This document shows positions 12,785 through 23,977 of a stretch of DNA of 64,000 nt, piece after piece. Position 1 is the first letter of the stretch; every line of letters starts with the position of its first letter. The notes under the pieces are model-generated. The model saw nothing but the letters and a program-made list of their open reading frames with translations, did no database searches and was not told the origin of the DNA. The stretch is from Cenococcum geophilum (Eukaryota). Made by a program: the position numbers and the translations under genes. The stretch lies in NCBI GenBank assembly GCA_050273025.1, contig CP158635.1, forward strand, positions 5,146,001-5,210,000, given 5' to 3'.

Positions 12785-13026
12785 AGAGCCGGATGAAGGG
12801 CGGTATCCGGAGCGTATATATTCATTATCTCGCTGCCAAATTAGCAGTTCATGCCATGCGAGCTCGCTCGGAGGCATATTCCAGGCACCATCCTCTTGGC
12901 GGAGGCATCTGCAGCGAAAATATCCTCTTGGGATGCCCCCACTAAGCCTATAGTGGAATGGCCTGCTTGGCGCCCCTGCTTCATTTTATTTACGGGATAC
13001 TGCCACTTTCGCTGCGTTTTAGACAT
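12785..13026 (-). pseudogene. N-terminal fragment of a PAQR/haemolysin-III (IZH-like) membrane protein
   Basis: WHELLIWQRDNEYIRSGYRPSSGSF matches the PAQR N-terminal W..DN.YI..GYR motif. The transmembrane part is absent and the sequence is frameshifted upstream. Confidence 0.65.
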
Positions 13027-14922
13027 TAACTTATAGGTAGCATTACTAGATATTAATGTCTAAGATGTAAAAGGATCCATGTTCACCGGTTAGCGACACC
13101 TGCAAGGCTACTACTTAATATCTTAGAGCCTCACTGTAAGCACCTTAAAATGGAATAGTCTAAATATCTAAGTGCATTTTCTTGCTGCATGCAGCTGTTT
13201 TTACGCATCTTTACTGCCAACATATCTGCACTAATATGTATAAATCCAGCCTCATTTAAGTAGAGGCAAGTATTAATAGTTTATGTACCTACCAAAGTCC
13301 ACTTTCCTTAGCTCTGTTCTATGCCAACAGCTTAAAGAAATATTACTCCGTAAAAGGCTATAAAACTACAAATTCCTATAAAAGAAGAGCCAGCATTCTG
13401 CCTTAAATTTGTGAGATCATTCCTTACTATCCACAGAAAGCAGCTAACTCGTCTCTAAAGGCATACTATATGTGTTTAGGAAACACTCTCATATAGTTGC
13501 GGTTACTTTTACTCTAATAAGTGCACGCGCAAGTATAATACGGCTAGACAAAACAGCGTACAGTGTGCGGAAAATAATCTAAATAATATCTGGAATACGA
13601 GGACATTGTAGGGTATATATGGCTATAATTTAGAGTATAGGACACCGGAATTAATGGAATAAGCCTTTTAAAGTTAGGAGTGCCTAACGTAATACTCTTT
13701 ATTTATAGTTACAAATATAGCCAAGTTAAATAAAACCTTACTCTCTTTCCAAATTCCTCCAGCCTTAGACAGAAAAACTTAAGAACATTATTTCTCAACA
13801 CTATCTTTTAAATTATTATATGTCTACAATCAACACTTTATTATATCATTCCGGCTAATGTCTCCTGCCTCTGATAGACATTTCCCCTTCTTAGGCTTTA
13901 AACGGTTCTTCCTTAACTTAGTATTATTAGCCGAATGTCCACTAGAGAAGCCTTTAATTAAGAGTACTTATAGCGGCTTTAAATTCTTGCCAGACATCCT
14001 GGGAGGTACTAGCGTTTACCATTTGTGTATAAATAGGGTGATCTCTAGGTCTATATCCGCGCCAGTCTTTAACACATCTAAAAGGAACCTCTAGCTTTAG
14101 TTGGTATTTATGGATTGCTTTTAGTTAGTCATCAATACACCCTAAGAGTTTCGTATCTTTAAGAGTGTGTGCTATAAGTGTGCCACTTTAGAGGCGCAAT
14201 CGTAGAAGTTGGAGATATATGTCCTTACCGGGCTCGAAGCAATCAAGTAGTATTGTAATATTTATAAGACTATACATTGTAGCAAAATGGCGAGGCTTAT
14301 TCCCTTTCTTATTAAGTATAGCGGTCAGACTAGAAATAAGGCCGTTAAGCGCTATGTCAAGATCAGGGCCGATATAAACAAGAGTAGCTGGAGCGAGCGT
14401 GAAGACAAGACGAGAATGCCTATCAAGAAGACATTCTAGATTTATTCGGACTTAAGATGCCATAAAAGCAATCAGGCGGAGCGGAGAGTTATTAGTAGAA
14501 TTTCCTGTCGCTCAAATAATCAGCATTGCTACTCAACTCGGGGCCGAGCGCTAGAGAGAAGGCAATAATGTCAAGGAGGTTCAGGGGATCGAGTAGACCC
14601 TAAAAATCGAGTAACCAATTTTAGGCGTCAAACAAAAGACTTTTTTTGGATCAGTCGGATGCTCCCTCAGTCACTGCTTGTTGTGAGGAGTGAGTGCATG
14701 TTTTGGGCCCATGCGCGGCGTAGCGCAGCATGGGCACCTGGCTTGGTGTTACCTCAGGCGTGCGAAGCCTCACACTTTGCCGTGTCTCCAACCTTTAATT
14801 CTTTTACTACCATCTGCACTGTTCATGGTTCCTCTATCATCCTCTCATCTGTATATAAAAGCGTCTTCTACCTCACATAGTCGCTTGTCACGTCCACCGC
14901 ATACGAGTTGCGTTTTCTCGCA

Positions 14923-15160
14923 ATGGCGAATCTGTCCTAATTAGAGATAATCGAGACAAAACCTATCGGAGATGGGTTAATGCCTTTCGCGACTCGTTTA
15001 ATTCGACCTGTACAACTGTAGGCATCTCTAGTTCCTTGGACGCACTGCATCAGATAAGCAGTGAAGGTAATGTCTATATGCCTGTCGCGAGTTCTCTAAC
15101 TCCCGTAGGACTTGAAGATATTCTGCTTGACCTGGTGTTAGCTCTACAGAACCTCTTTGG
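14923..15160 (+). pseudogene. 5' fragment of a FunK1-type kinase paralogue
   Basis: atggcgaatctgtcctaattagagataatcgagacaaaacctatcggaga aligns by eye with 47815 onward, including the first intron position, then breaks off into repeat-like DNA. Confidence 0.75.
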
Positions 15161-15551
15161 ATGGTAAGATCTCGAAAACCACCACTGTTGGTTCCCCTTC
15201 ACAGTAGACGACTACTACGCCTTACCCCGGGCCTCCTGTGTGTAATCCTCATAGATGCGCATTGGAATCAACGTCCCCCAACCCCCAATTGAAATCAACG
15301 ACAATACCTCACGATCGACGGACGAGCGAACGAACGAGCGATCAAACGAATACACCCCTTCCTAACCCCAGGGCGATCACCCGCGGAGCACGTCCGCGCC
15401 GTATTCTGCCTAGCAGCCTGGATAATAACCCTCCACGGTGTTCCTTGTCTCCTCTCTACGGACTAGTCACCCCTAGAGAGGGCCTAGTAACTGGGGCCTA
15501 GGTGCAAAAGATACCTAGCACATACACATACACATCCCGCTCGCCTTTTGG

Positions 15552-16104
15552 TATTACGGAGCTAGTTCTACACCGTTGAAAGGCTCTAGGGGGGGAAGGG
15601 TGTACATGGTAAACAACAGAGGTGGCATATACAGGGGACGGCCACAAGATATAAGAAACTGCTACAAGCAATAGCAATCAATTAACGGCAGGGCCTAGCT
15701 AGGACGCAGTGAACCCTAGCTACGGATGAGCTGGAATAAGGATGCAGTGGTTCCAAGGAGATCCAATATCCAATTAAGATCAGGGCGTAGCTACAGGCTG
15801 CAATAGCTGTAGACTACGTGTAAAGACAGTCAACGGGGTTTTTCATCCGACCGAGGTGGCTCGTAGGGTTTTTCCTCCCCAACATATCAGGGGTTTTCTT
15901 CCTGTATAATACACAAGTTTCCCCTATATACAGAGTAGTCTGCGTGGGCCTAGCTAGGATCCGTATCAGACGTTAATCAAAGAACATAATATATCATACT
16001 TCGACACGAATAGACGGTTCGAAAGAATGGACTTTCACGTATCACAGAGGTATCACAAAGGTATCACAAAAGGGATATCACAAAACGCGTGTATCATTTA
16101 TTAC
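15552..16104. mobile_element. Possible solo LTR
   Basis: Starts tattacgga (RIP form of TGTTACGGA, as in the 22548 LTR) and ends ...TTACA, with internal short repeats and TATA-like words. No target-site duplication found. Confidence 0.4.
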
Positions 16105-16929
16105 AGGAATAATAGGCACGGTTCCTTACATGCCGACGCCCATAGACAACTCCAGTTTCCTATAACTGCACAGCGCTAGCATACAACTCGGCCACTTAAT
16201 CCTATGCCACTATCATCAACACTTGACATCGCCAACACTCTCATCTTCACTTGATTCGAGCTAGCAGAATGTCGCACCAACTAGATTCTGCGCTCCATAC
16301 ATCCTTTTTCCTCCTAGCTACTTGCAGGTTGTGTTTCCATTTGTAACACTTGATCCTTAGGAAGCAAGATAGTTGTGTAGCTAGACCTTCAGATGCCTGA
16401 CGAGTTAAAGACGTACAAAGTCCTCCACTTTCTGTCCTTTCTAATGTCAACACTTTCGGGCCATATATTTGTCTTCTCTCCCGAGTCCCTTTTTTAAAGC
16501 CATTTCCAGTACATCAAGTAAAAAGTATGAGGCGGTAGACTAATCCCAATGCGAGAAGTGGTATGAAGCTGACGAGTCAAAGAGCATCAGAAAGGCTATC
16601 ATTGGTCATTTAGTGCTCTGTCTGGGTATTAAAGGTAAGTTGCTTCATGCAGCAATGCAGGAGACTAAGCATCCGAGCAGAACATCCACAGAAAACCGAC
16701 CTTCGAAATTATGTGCAAGGCTACCACCGGCTTTACTCTCGGCTATTGTGAAGATGAAGATAGCCAACCACAGCCCATGGATCCATATGGATACTGGCGT
16801 TGTAATGATGGTGGAGGTCGTATGAGGCTGTCAACGAGCCGGTTAGTGTTTTAGGTTGCTCTTCCGCAAGAAATGTGGCGTGCAATCAAAACTATCAATT
16901 GCAACTGAATGCAGGAGAAACTATTAGTA

Positions 16930-18520
16930 TTAACCTACACACTCGTCATATTGTGACAAAATCTCCTTCTCAAACCACAACCTATACTCGTTCTGACCCC
17001 ACAGCGTAATATCACAAAGGTTATTAAACAACCTCTTTATATCATCTATAGAATAAGTATCTCCTAGCCTTAGTGGTCCCAAGAAGAACATATTAAATTC
17101 ATCTGGTTTCTTTAGAATTTCCTCAGCCGTCACAACATGGAGAAGCCAAGCATCGGTTTGAATTTCCACTGCAAAGACTGGCATAGAGAGAGGCCAACCT
17201 TCGAGCTGCCGCTTTCGGAATTCCGCTGCTATCCAGGCTGCTAATTATATCGCCGGATCTTTATTTATATGGTTGCGTTTAACTTCTATATTAAGGAACA
17301 TAGGGTAGTAGTTCGTGAAGGAGGCGGTCTGGTTAATAGACTTAGTGACGGTTGGGGCCGCTTACAACATAAGGAGGGCATGTCGGCTAATGTCGAGGCC
17401 GACAGCATAGTCAATTTTCTTATCCAGGTCTTTGAACAAATCAGGTTCAGAGGAGTAAGGGCAAAGCTCAGGCAGAGATATTTCAACGGATGCGCTGTAG
17501 CAAAACCAACATTAGCAAAGCTTGCACCGCACGGATAAATCCATGCCACACTACGGAGTCGGGACAAGTAAACGTACATGTCGAACACTGTAATATTCTC
17601 ATTCCCTAATTTATTCTTCTTCTAAAAGTGGTGGAGGCACCGGAGCAGGTGCAGGATCGGGCCCACGACGACCGAGATCCAGTGCGACTCCGTGGTATTG
17701 GTGGAGCGCCATTTCTCGGCCATATCAAATGCATCTATCAATGTGTTGTTAATCAGCTCGGTGTCTGTCGCGGTAAAAGGGATTAGGGAGCTTGCAAAGG
17801 GAGGTGCGCTGCGGCGGGCCTGGCACTCTCTATTAGTAATCAACATTCACCTCACCGATGCGACAATTAGTAGCAATATACCTCGCAACGCTCCCAGAGC
17901 GCCTGTACAGATCCAGAGAGTGTAATTCCAAGATTCTCGGCCTGCCTCATCGCTTTGAATTCGATCCGCGGGCTGAGATAGGCTAGATCCTCCCGCTTTG
18001 TGACTACCCGCTTCTTCGGCGATGATGACCGGGTGCGGGTGGAAGATCGCGATGTCTTCGACGAGACAGTCGTCGGTGGATGGAACGATGGAGCTTCCGA
18101 TATCGTGTCGAAGGCTGAGACAACTGATGCGTCTTCTGTGACAAGTATAGGGTTTTCATCTTCAGCTATTGAATTCACCGTCGACCGAAGCGACAGCGCT
18201 GACCCCAGCCTTGCCGCATTCCGGGTGCGACTCCGCGTCGCTTGATTCTCCTCGTCATCTGCTTTCCGCTGCTTTCGGAGCGTGCTGCTCATAATAGATG
18301 GTTTATGATATTGAGGGTTGTGGGTGTGGGAGATGTCGGCTAGCGCGCGGCGATGCTTGTGAGTTTGGGAAGTGACGGGTGGAGGGCACTCGCTTATCCA
18401 GCACGCAATGTCGGGGCGACCATCGATGCGAGTTGCGTGTAAGATGTCGAAAACGTCGTGGGGCCGTTTGCGCTTGCGCGAGTATCGTGCGATAGTCATA
18501 ATGGGAGGCTGGTGATATTC
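16930..18520 (-). pseudogene. Fungal PD-(D/E)XK nuclease-like gene, intron-containing, with premature stops
   Basis: Low-complexity RSSSPKKR N-terminus, then ESHWISVVVGPIL, KKIDYAVGL, SINQT...PMFLNIEVK, LAAWIAA, MPVFAVEIQTDAW and LGDTYSIDDI. Premature TAA stops near 17365 and 17225. Confidence 0.75.
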
Positions 18521-18618
18521 AAGAGATAGAATGAGTGGCATGATGTTGATGCAGCTTGAGCGTTGCTTTACCAACCGAAGCGAAGCTTCCGGGGCGACAT
18601 CAGCCACTACTGTCGCCC

Positions 18619-18948
18619 AGTATTCGCTCATTGAGATCGGCTTGTTGTTCGCTTGGGTGTAGACGTCCTACTCGTACGAAGGACCGCGCAAAATTAGATT
18701 TCCTCTTCCTTTTTGGGACTAGTGACTACTCCCCATAAGGCCCCAGAGTTACGGGGGCTCTATCGCCTAAGCAACGAGATTTTAGGCGGTCTGCGCCCAT
18801 AGGACCCCCTAAGCACAGCAACCTTATGGGCGACCTTATGGGGGAAAACCACTAATCCCAAAAAGGAAGGGGAAATCTATTTTCGCGCGGTCCTCCGTAC
18901 CTCCTTCGCAAAGCGGATCGTGGCTTTGACCGCGCTAATGTCTGGGAA
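18619..18948 (-). mobile_element. Truncated LINE-tail derivative (SINE-like), interrupted by a MITE
   Basis: The reverse complement ttcccagacattagcgcggtcaaagccacgatccgctttgcgaaggag...gccgatctcaatgagcgaatact matches 35006 onward, 40644 onward and the LINE 3' region at 34512 onward. Confidence 0.8.
18677..18897. mobile_element. 221-bp MITE, Tc1/mariner-type (TA duplication)
   Basis: Terminal inverted repeats cgaaggaccgcgcaaaattagatttcc / ggaaatctattttcgcgcggtcctccg with TA on both sides. The homologous site near 35055 is empty, with a single TA. Confidence 0.9.
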
Positions 18949-19180
18949 ACGCCACGAAAACAACCCTGTGGCCGGTGCGGGTCGGCCGCCCTCCCTGCTA
19001 GCGCAGGCCAGGTGTAAGAATCTTACTCGCAGCGCAAGGCTGCGAGGATGTGCTGCGCCGCAGGTTTAATTCACACGTGACTTAGCCGGGGTGGCAGTGG
19101 TTCTTTTCACGTGATTTCCCAATTGTATATAGTATATTCTTGGCACTACAAATTTTAAGAGCCGAGCCACTAGATAAATC
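18949..19180 (+). repeat. Left arm of a ~230-bp inverted repeat (partner 29172-29406)
   Basis: Colinear reverse-complement match, with small indels and RIP-type changes mainly in the partner. Confidence 0.9.
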
Positions 19181-19309
19181 AATCAATCAACACTTGATAC
19201 CAAGGTAGCCACAAAGGAGGACGCTACAATATATCGCTAATCCACGGGAGACCACCAACAACATTACATCCTATTTCGACAAGCTATCCAACTGCTTCCT
19301 TTGACTGAA

Positions 19310-21915
19310 TCATTGTATTTCAAAAAGTTGTCTCTCTCTTTCAGATTTCTTCTGTAGCTCACAGGCCTCCCCGTTCATCATACCGTGAATATAGCATTCT
19401 CCTATGAGCTTGTAGTGGTACTTATCGGCATCACTATTCTCATTAACGATCTTCCGGAGAACAACAGGTACGCTACAGCCATATAGTATGCAGATACTTA
19501 ACGGCATTAACACGATGATTAGATCGATCAATGTAGATAGGCTGGAGATACTTACAGATCTCCAACCTGAGTGGCTGCTGGAGCCAACCCTAGTAATTGA
19601 AGCCCTCCTTCCGATTTTGGAGAGTCAGTCGTAATAAGTCTTTTATTCCACACCACAGATTGCACCCGTTGCAGATAGTCTTTTACCACACGCGAAAAGC
19701 CGCTATCAATCAAGCTGCCGATATCGAGAACATTATCCGTGCCGAACTTTCCTGATTGCTGGAAGGCATATCCGCAAAGCCGTTCGTAGTACGATGGCGC
19801 TCTGTTCCCACTGGAATCTCTATTTGCAGTAAGTGTCCTCCAAAAGCGCTCAGGTGGCGGTGATGAAACTCCATCCCACCCCACGAATCTTGTCCACTTG
19901 AGCGGGATACAGGCTTTGAGAGCTGACGGTTGCACCTTTTGGATCGACTCCAAGATAAACCCGTCTACAGACAGGCTCTTAGCGCACACCCCTTGTCCAA
20001 ATTCCCACGAGAGCATCCGGCTACCTACTGCAAATCCTGCGCTATATTGTCTTCTACCAGGACCCCGTAACCCAACCAGCGAATCGGCGTTGATACGATA
20101 GTATTCTCTGTTAGGACCAATTTCAAATGCAGCGTCGGATAGATTTCCAATCCATGACGGGAGGCCCTCGATCTCCTTTGGTACCCAATGCTGACAAATA
20201 ATATCGATACATCCAGATTTCAAAATCGTATGACGGACAAAATCCTGGCACACTTGGAAAAATGTCTTGGAATAGTTAACTGGGAAGTTTTGCGTCTCCA
20301 CTGCCCCGCTGAAGGCTTTCTGCGGGGACTTGTATCCCGACCGTGCATCCATGGCGAGAGGTAGAATTGCGTATATAATGTCATGAGGCACTGAGGCTTT
20401 AAATGCTGTCAAATTGAGAACAAGGTTTTCCAAACTTTGGAATCGCTTTAATATGGTTCCGTGATCTGATTTTTCAAACAGCCCCTCAGTGACATCAACA
20501 AGACGAGCGGCACCCGAGGTAGGGATACTTGCCCAAGGACGACTTTCATCGTTGGGAAGGACCCTCCCGTGTATATCGGACAGCCTGTAAACATGACCCC
20601 TCACAAGTCCTATAGTAAAGATGAATTCAGGCCATGCTACCTCACTGCTTCCGCAATGCAGAGCCGCCTGTTTCGCAAGAGCGATCTCCTGGATTATCCA
20701 CCGGCGGCTAAACCAAGGCCTCCTCAGCAAAGCTGATAAAGCACACCATTGTCGGGAGTATCTACCGTCCAATAAAAGATCGTCGGAACGTTCAATACAC
20801 TGTTGGACGAGTTGAATGAAGTCCATTGCTAATCCACTGTCATTTTCCTCCTCTCCAATCCATACGCACACCGAGCTTGCTTCTTGATATATCTCAGTCA
20901 TCATCCGTACCTGGGAGCTCTTTTCTTCAAAATCGTCTTGATTGATACAAACTGTATCAACCCAAAGGAATCTTGCAGTATCTAGTCGGCGGAAATGCCT
21001 CAAGGCCGATTCAAGAGTTGGCTTAACAGCGAACAAAGAGATTTTGTCACCTCGCCGGATTTTGATAATCGATTTGCGCTCCTCCTCGCCCCAATGCCAT
21101 GACAAAGCCTCGTATGACCCACCCCCCAAAAGGGGCCTTTCTGAAAGCGAGCAAACAAGCTCCGTGCTCTCAGCGCCAGGAAATAATTCTATAATGCGAA
21201 TCCAAGATCCATCCGTCAGAGGTGAATAACTGTACGGTTCGATGACACGAAAAGTACCATCTCCTGTCTCTTCAACCTCTATACGGCTATGATTTCCTTT
21301 GGATGTAATCCGAACATTTCGCCCAAGAGAACCGAGCACTCTGCCTACATCGTAGCCAGCATTAAAAGGAACCCTTGATATAAAGATTGGCTGTTTGGGC
21401 GTAAACACGAGATCGGCACCGGGTTTGAGTTCAACTGCTGCGACTGAGTGGATCCTGCCATCACACTTTCGGGCCAGTCCAACGACGTAGCTGTTAGGAT
21501 ACGGGATTTTGTTGTCGGTAATGATCTTAAAAGTTCCACTATCGGCATTGCTGCCGGCATCCTTAAGTTGTAAGCCTCCGTCCTTTGGAGTCACGAACAG
21601 CTGTGTGCCATCGTTCTTAATAGTCCCAATTTTGACAGGTTCAAAATCGATGATGGAAACCTTCGTTTCCTGGTCCAACTTTGAGCTAGCGTTACTGGAA
21701 ATGCCAGCGAAACCATAGAAGTCCGATGTGTACTTAAAGACCGATTCACTGTTGTTGCAAAGCGGATCAGTTATAGACCACAAGATCTGGCGAGTCTTTT
21801 GGACGCCGCCTCCAGTGACGTTTGGAGGTTCAGAGTAGACAAAGTATTTCCGCGAGTTATGTGTGTCCGCTGTCTTATTCCGGATGGCCACTCCGTAAGT
21901 AACTGGATCCGCCAT
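19310..21915 (-). CDS. Intact HET-domain protein (HET-6-like) with an extra ~225-aa beta-rich N-terminal domain
   Basis: Long open ORF with YEALSWHWG, LWVDTVCINQDDFEEKSSQVRMMTEIY, RPWFSRRWIIQEIALA and LPSWI. A 59-nt intron at 19497-19555 (GTAAGT..AAG) joins a last exon ICILYGCSVPVVLR...LIGECYIHGMMNGEA. ATG at 21915. Confidence 0.93.
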
Positions 21916-22547
21916 GGGTGATTGCAGGTTGTCTGATAGGACAAATGACAAGATGCTAGCAGGTATCTCGATGCTGTCTGGCAGGTGAGATAAGACGAAG
22001 AGATGAACCTCAGAGATTCCTAGGCGGTCTAGTAATTATAAAGGGGTATGCGGGGCAGAGGTAGCAGAGTGTACTAGCGGAATGGGCTCAAATTGGCTGC
22101 TGCCAATAGCACCGGCCTTTTTGGTGCCAATTACAGTAGTGGTCAACAGTTTTGAGCCCGGGTGACTTCCGCGCATTTTGAGAATCACCAACGACAACAA
22201 GACACGACACGACACGACACGAGTTAATCCCCTTGGCAGAGAAAAATTCAAATTTTACGTCACGTTTTGTGTGATCTAAGCGAAAATCCGAGAGGCTAAA
22301 TCCGTCGGCGAGACTAAAGCGGGCCTAGAGCGGCCTTTAGCGGCAACTAAACCTAAGAGGAACTAGATCTAATTAAATAACTAAAATAGTAAAATCTAAA
22401 AAGAAAAAGCGATTGTTAATATAATAGAGATTTTTTTTTAAAAACTATTAGCTACTATCGAGTTACTAATCTTTAAAAGAGTATATTAATTAAAATTTAA
22501 AGCTATATATTATCCTAATTGGCGTTACTAATAGGATTGATCTTTTT

Positions 22548-22999
22548 TGTTACGGACCTAGTACTATAGACGGTAGGACTACTGTTCTAAGACCTTAGGG
22601 TGATGGCAGAGGCTATGGAACTAGTCGAACCATGGGACGAGGGGTAGGCGAGTTATATGGGAGATTACGTGCTGAGGGTTTAGTACGTGGGAATGTAGGA
22701 ACACGGGACGTACCGACGTACCGAGTTCAGTACGCGGGAAACGTGAGGACGTGGACGTACTGACGTACTGACGTACCGACGTACCGAGAGGATTTCTTAG
22801 GAGTTAGGTTGTGTATTTAAAGGACCACAGTCCCTACCTAGATAGTTCTCTCGTTGTAGTGAATCTTAGGATATAATTGGAGTTAACCTGTTGGGCGACT
22901 ACTCCACCAGTTGTGATACAGAACCGTTGTCTTATTGTTTACCTACATACCCAGCCCATTAACAAGTCCACCGTGGTATTTCCTATAAGGCTCGTTACA
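22548..22999. mobile_element. Solo LTR (452 bp)
   Basis: TGTTACG...CGTTACA termini, flanked by a TTTTT 5-bp duplication (22543-22547 and 23000-23004). Confidence 0.85.
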
Positions 23000-23429
23000 T
23001 TTTTAGTACTAATTAGCGGTTAATACTTCTTGACTTCTACCTTATAGAATAGAACTTATTAAAGGAATAGAAGGTAAGTTTATAACTAAAGTAAACTAGG
23101 TATTTAGTACTATAAGAAGAGATTACATCGGGAAAAAGTTTATAGGCTGAAATTTAAACTACCTATCAAGTAAAATTAAATACTACCAATTACGTCAATT
23201 GCCTGCTAAATAGCTGGTAGTTAACGTAGTTAATGTTATTAACGCATTTAATATTTTTAATACGTAGCCTACGCGCAGCCTACGTGTTATAAACGCTACC
23301 TTAAATATATTACGGCTACTTAAAGAGGAGCTAGACAATATAATCTAGGCAATAGAAGTATAGGCCAGTATAAATTATATAGAACTATAGGATAAAGGTT
23401 AAGCGACGTACTAAACGTACCGAGCGTAC

Positions 23430-23977
23430 TTATGTTCTCTATACGCAATATAGATTAGTTACTTAGGAGTAAAGATATAGTCTATACCTAGTTTAACTTT
23501 AACGGCGGTAACTAGAGCGGGATCTCTATCTTTAGCCTTCCGGGTAACTCCGATAATACTACTACTAAGGGAAATATTATTATTATATGCGATAGTAAAA
23601 GTCCTATTATTAGCGTTGCGGGTTTTAGTAGTCTAAATATTAATACCTCCATTCTGTTTATATATAAGTAGCTAGATACTATTATTCTTAATCGTTCTAA
23701 TTATAACCTATTTACTATAGGCTACTAAAATATTATTTCTGGGCTTTAATACTAAGCTATTAGAGTAACTAATAAAGCTAAAGAACTTTAATATATATTT
23801 AAATAAATTATGGCCGCCTTTACTAATAGCGTTAGTTTTATACCATATAATTAAGGAAATTTTATAGATAACACCGCCTAAGACCTCCGGAAGTTTAGAG
23901 TAGACAATATATTATCTCTTTACATCTCCGCCAGTTCCGTTCTCAATAAATACCTTATAGGTAGATGTTTTTTCCAT
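23430..23977 (-). pseudogene. 3'-truncated RIPped copy of the stand-alone domain gene
   Basis: ATG at 23977 gives MEKTSTYKVFIENGTGGDVKR..., the reverse complement of 25397-25944. Lacks the last ~40 codons. Confidence 0.85.

Noticed and set aside
13400..14330. Possible RIPped minus-strand gene
   Set aside because: No recognisable motif; the frame could not be followed reliably.
17867..18631. Listed ORF start MSEYW at 18631
   Set aside because: That ATG lies in the LINE-tail derivative. The nuclease gene more plausibly starts further downstream.
19898..21718. Short plus-strand ORFs overlapping the HET gene
   Set aside because: Antisense shadows of a well-supported gene.
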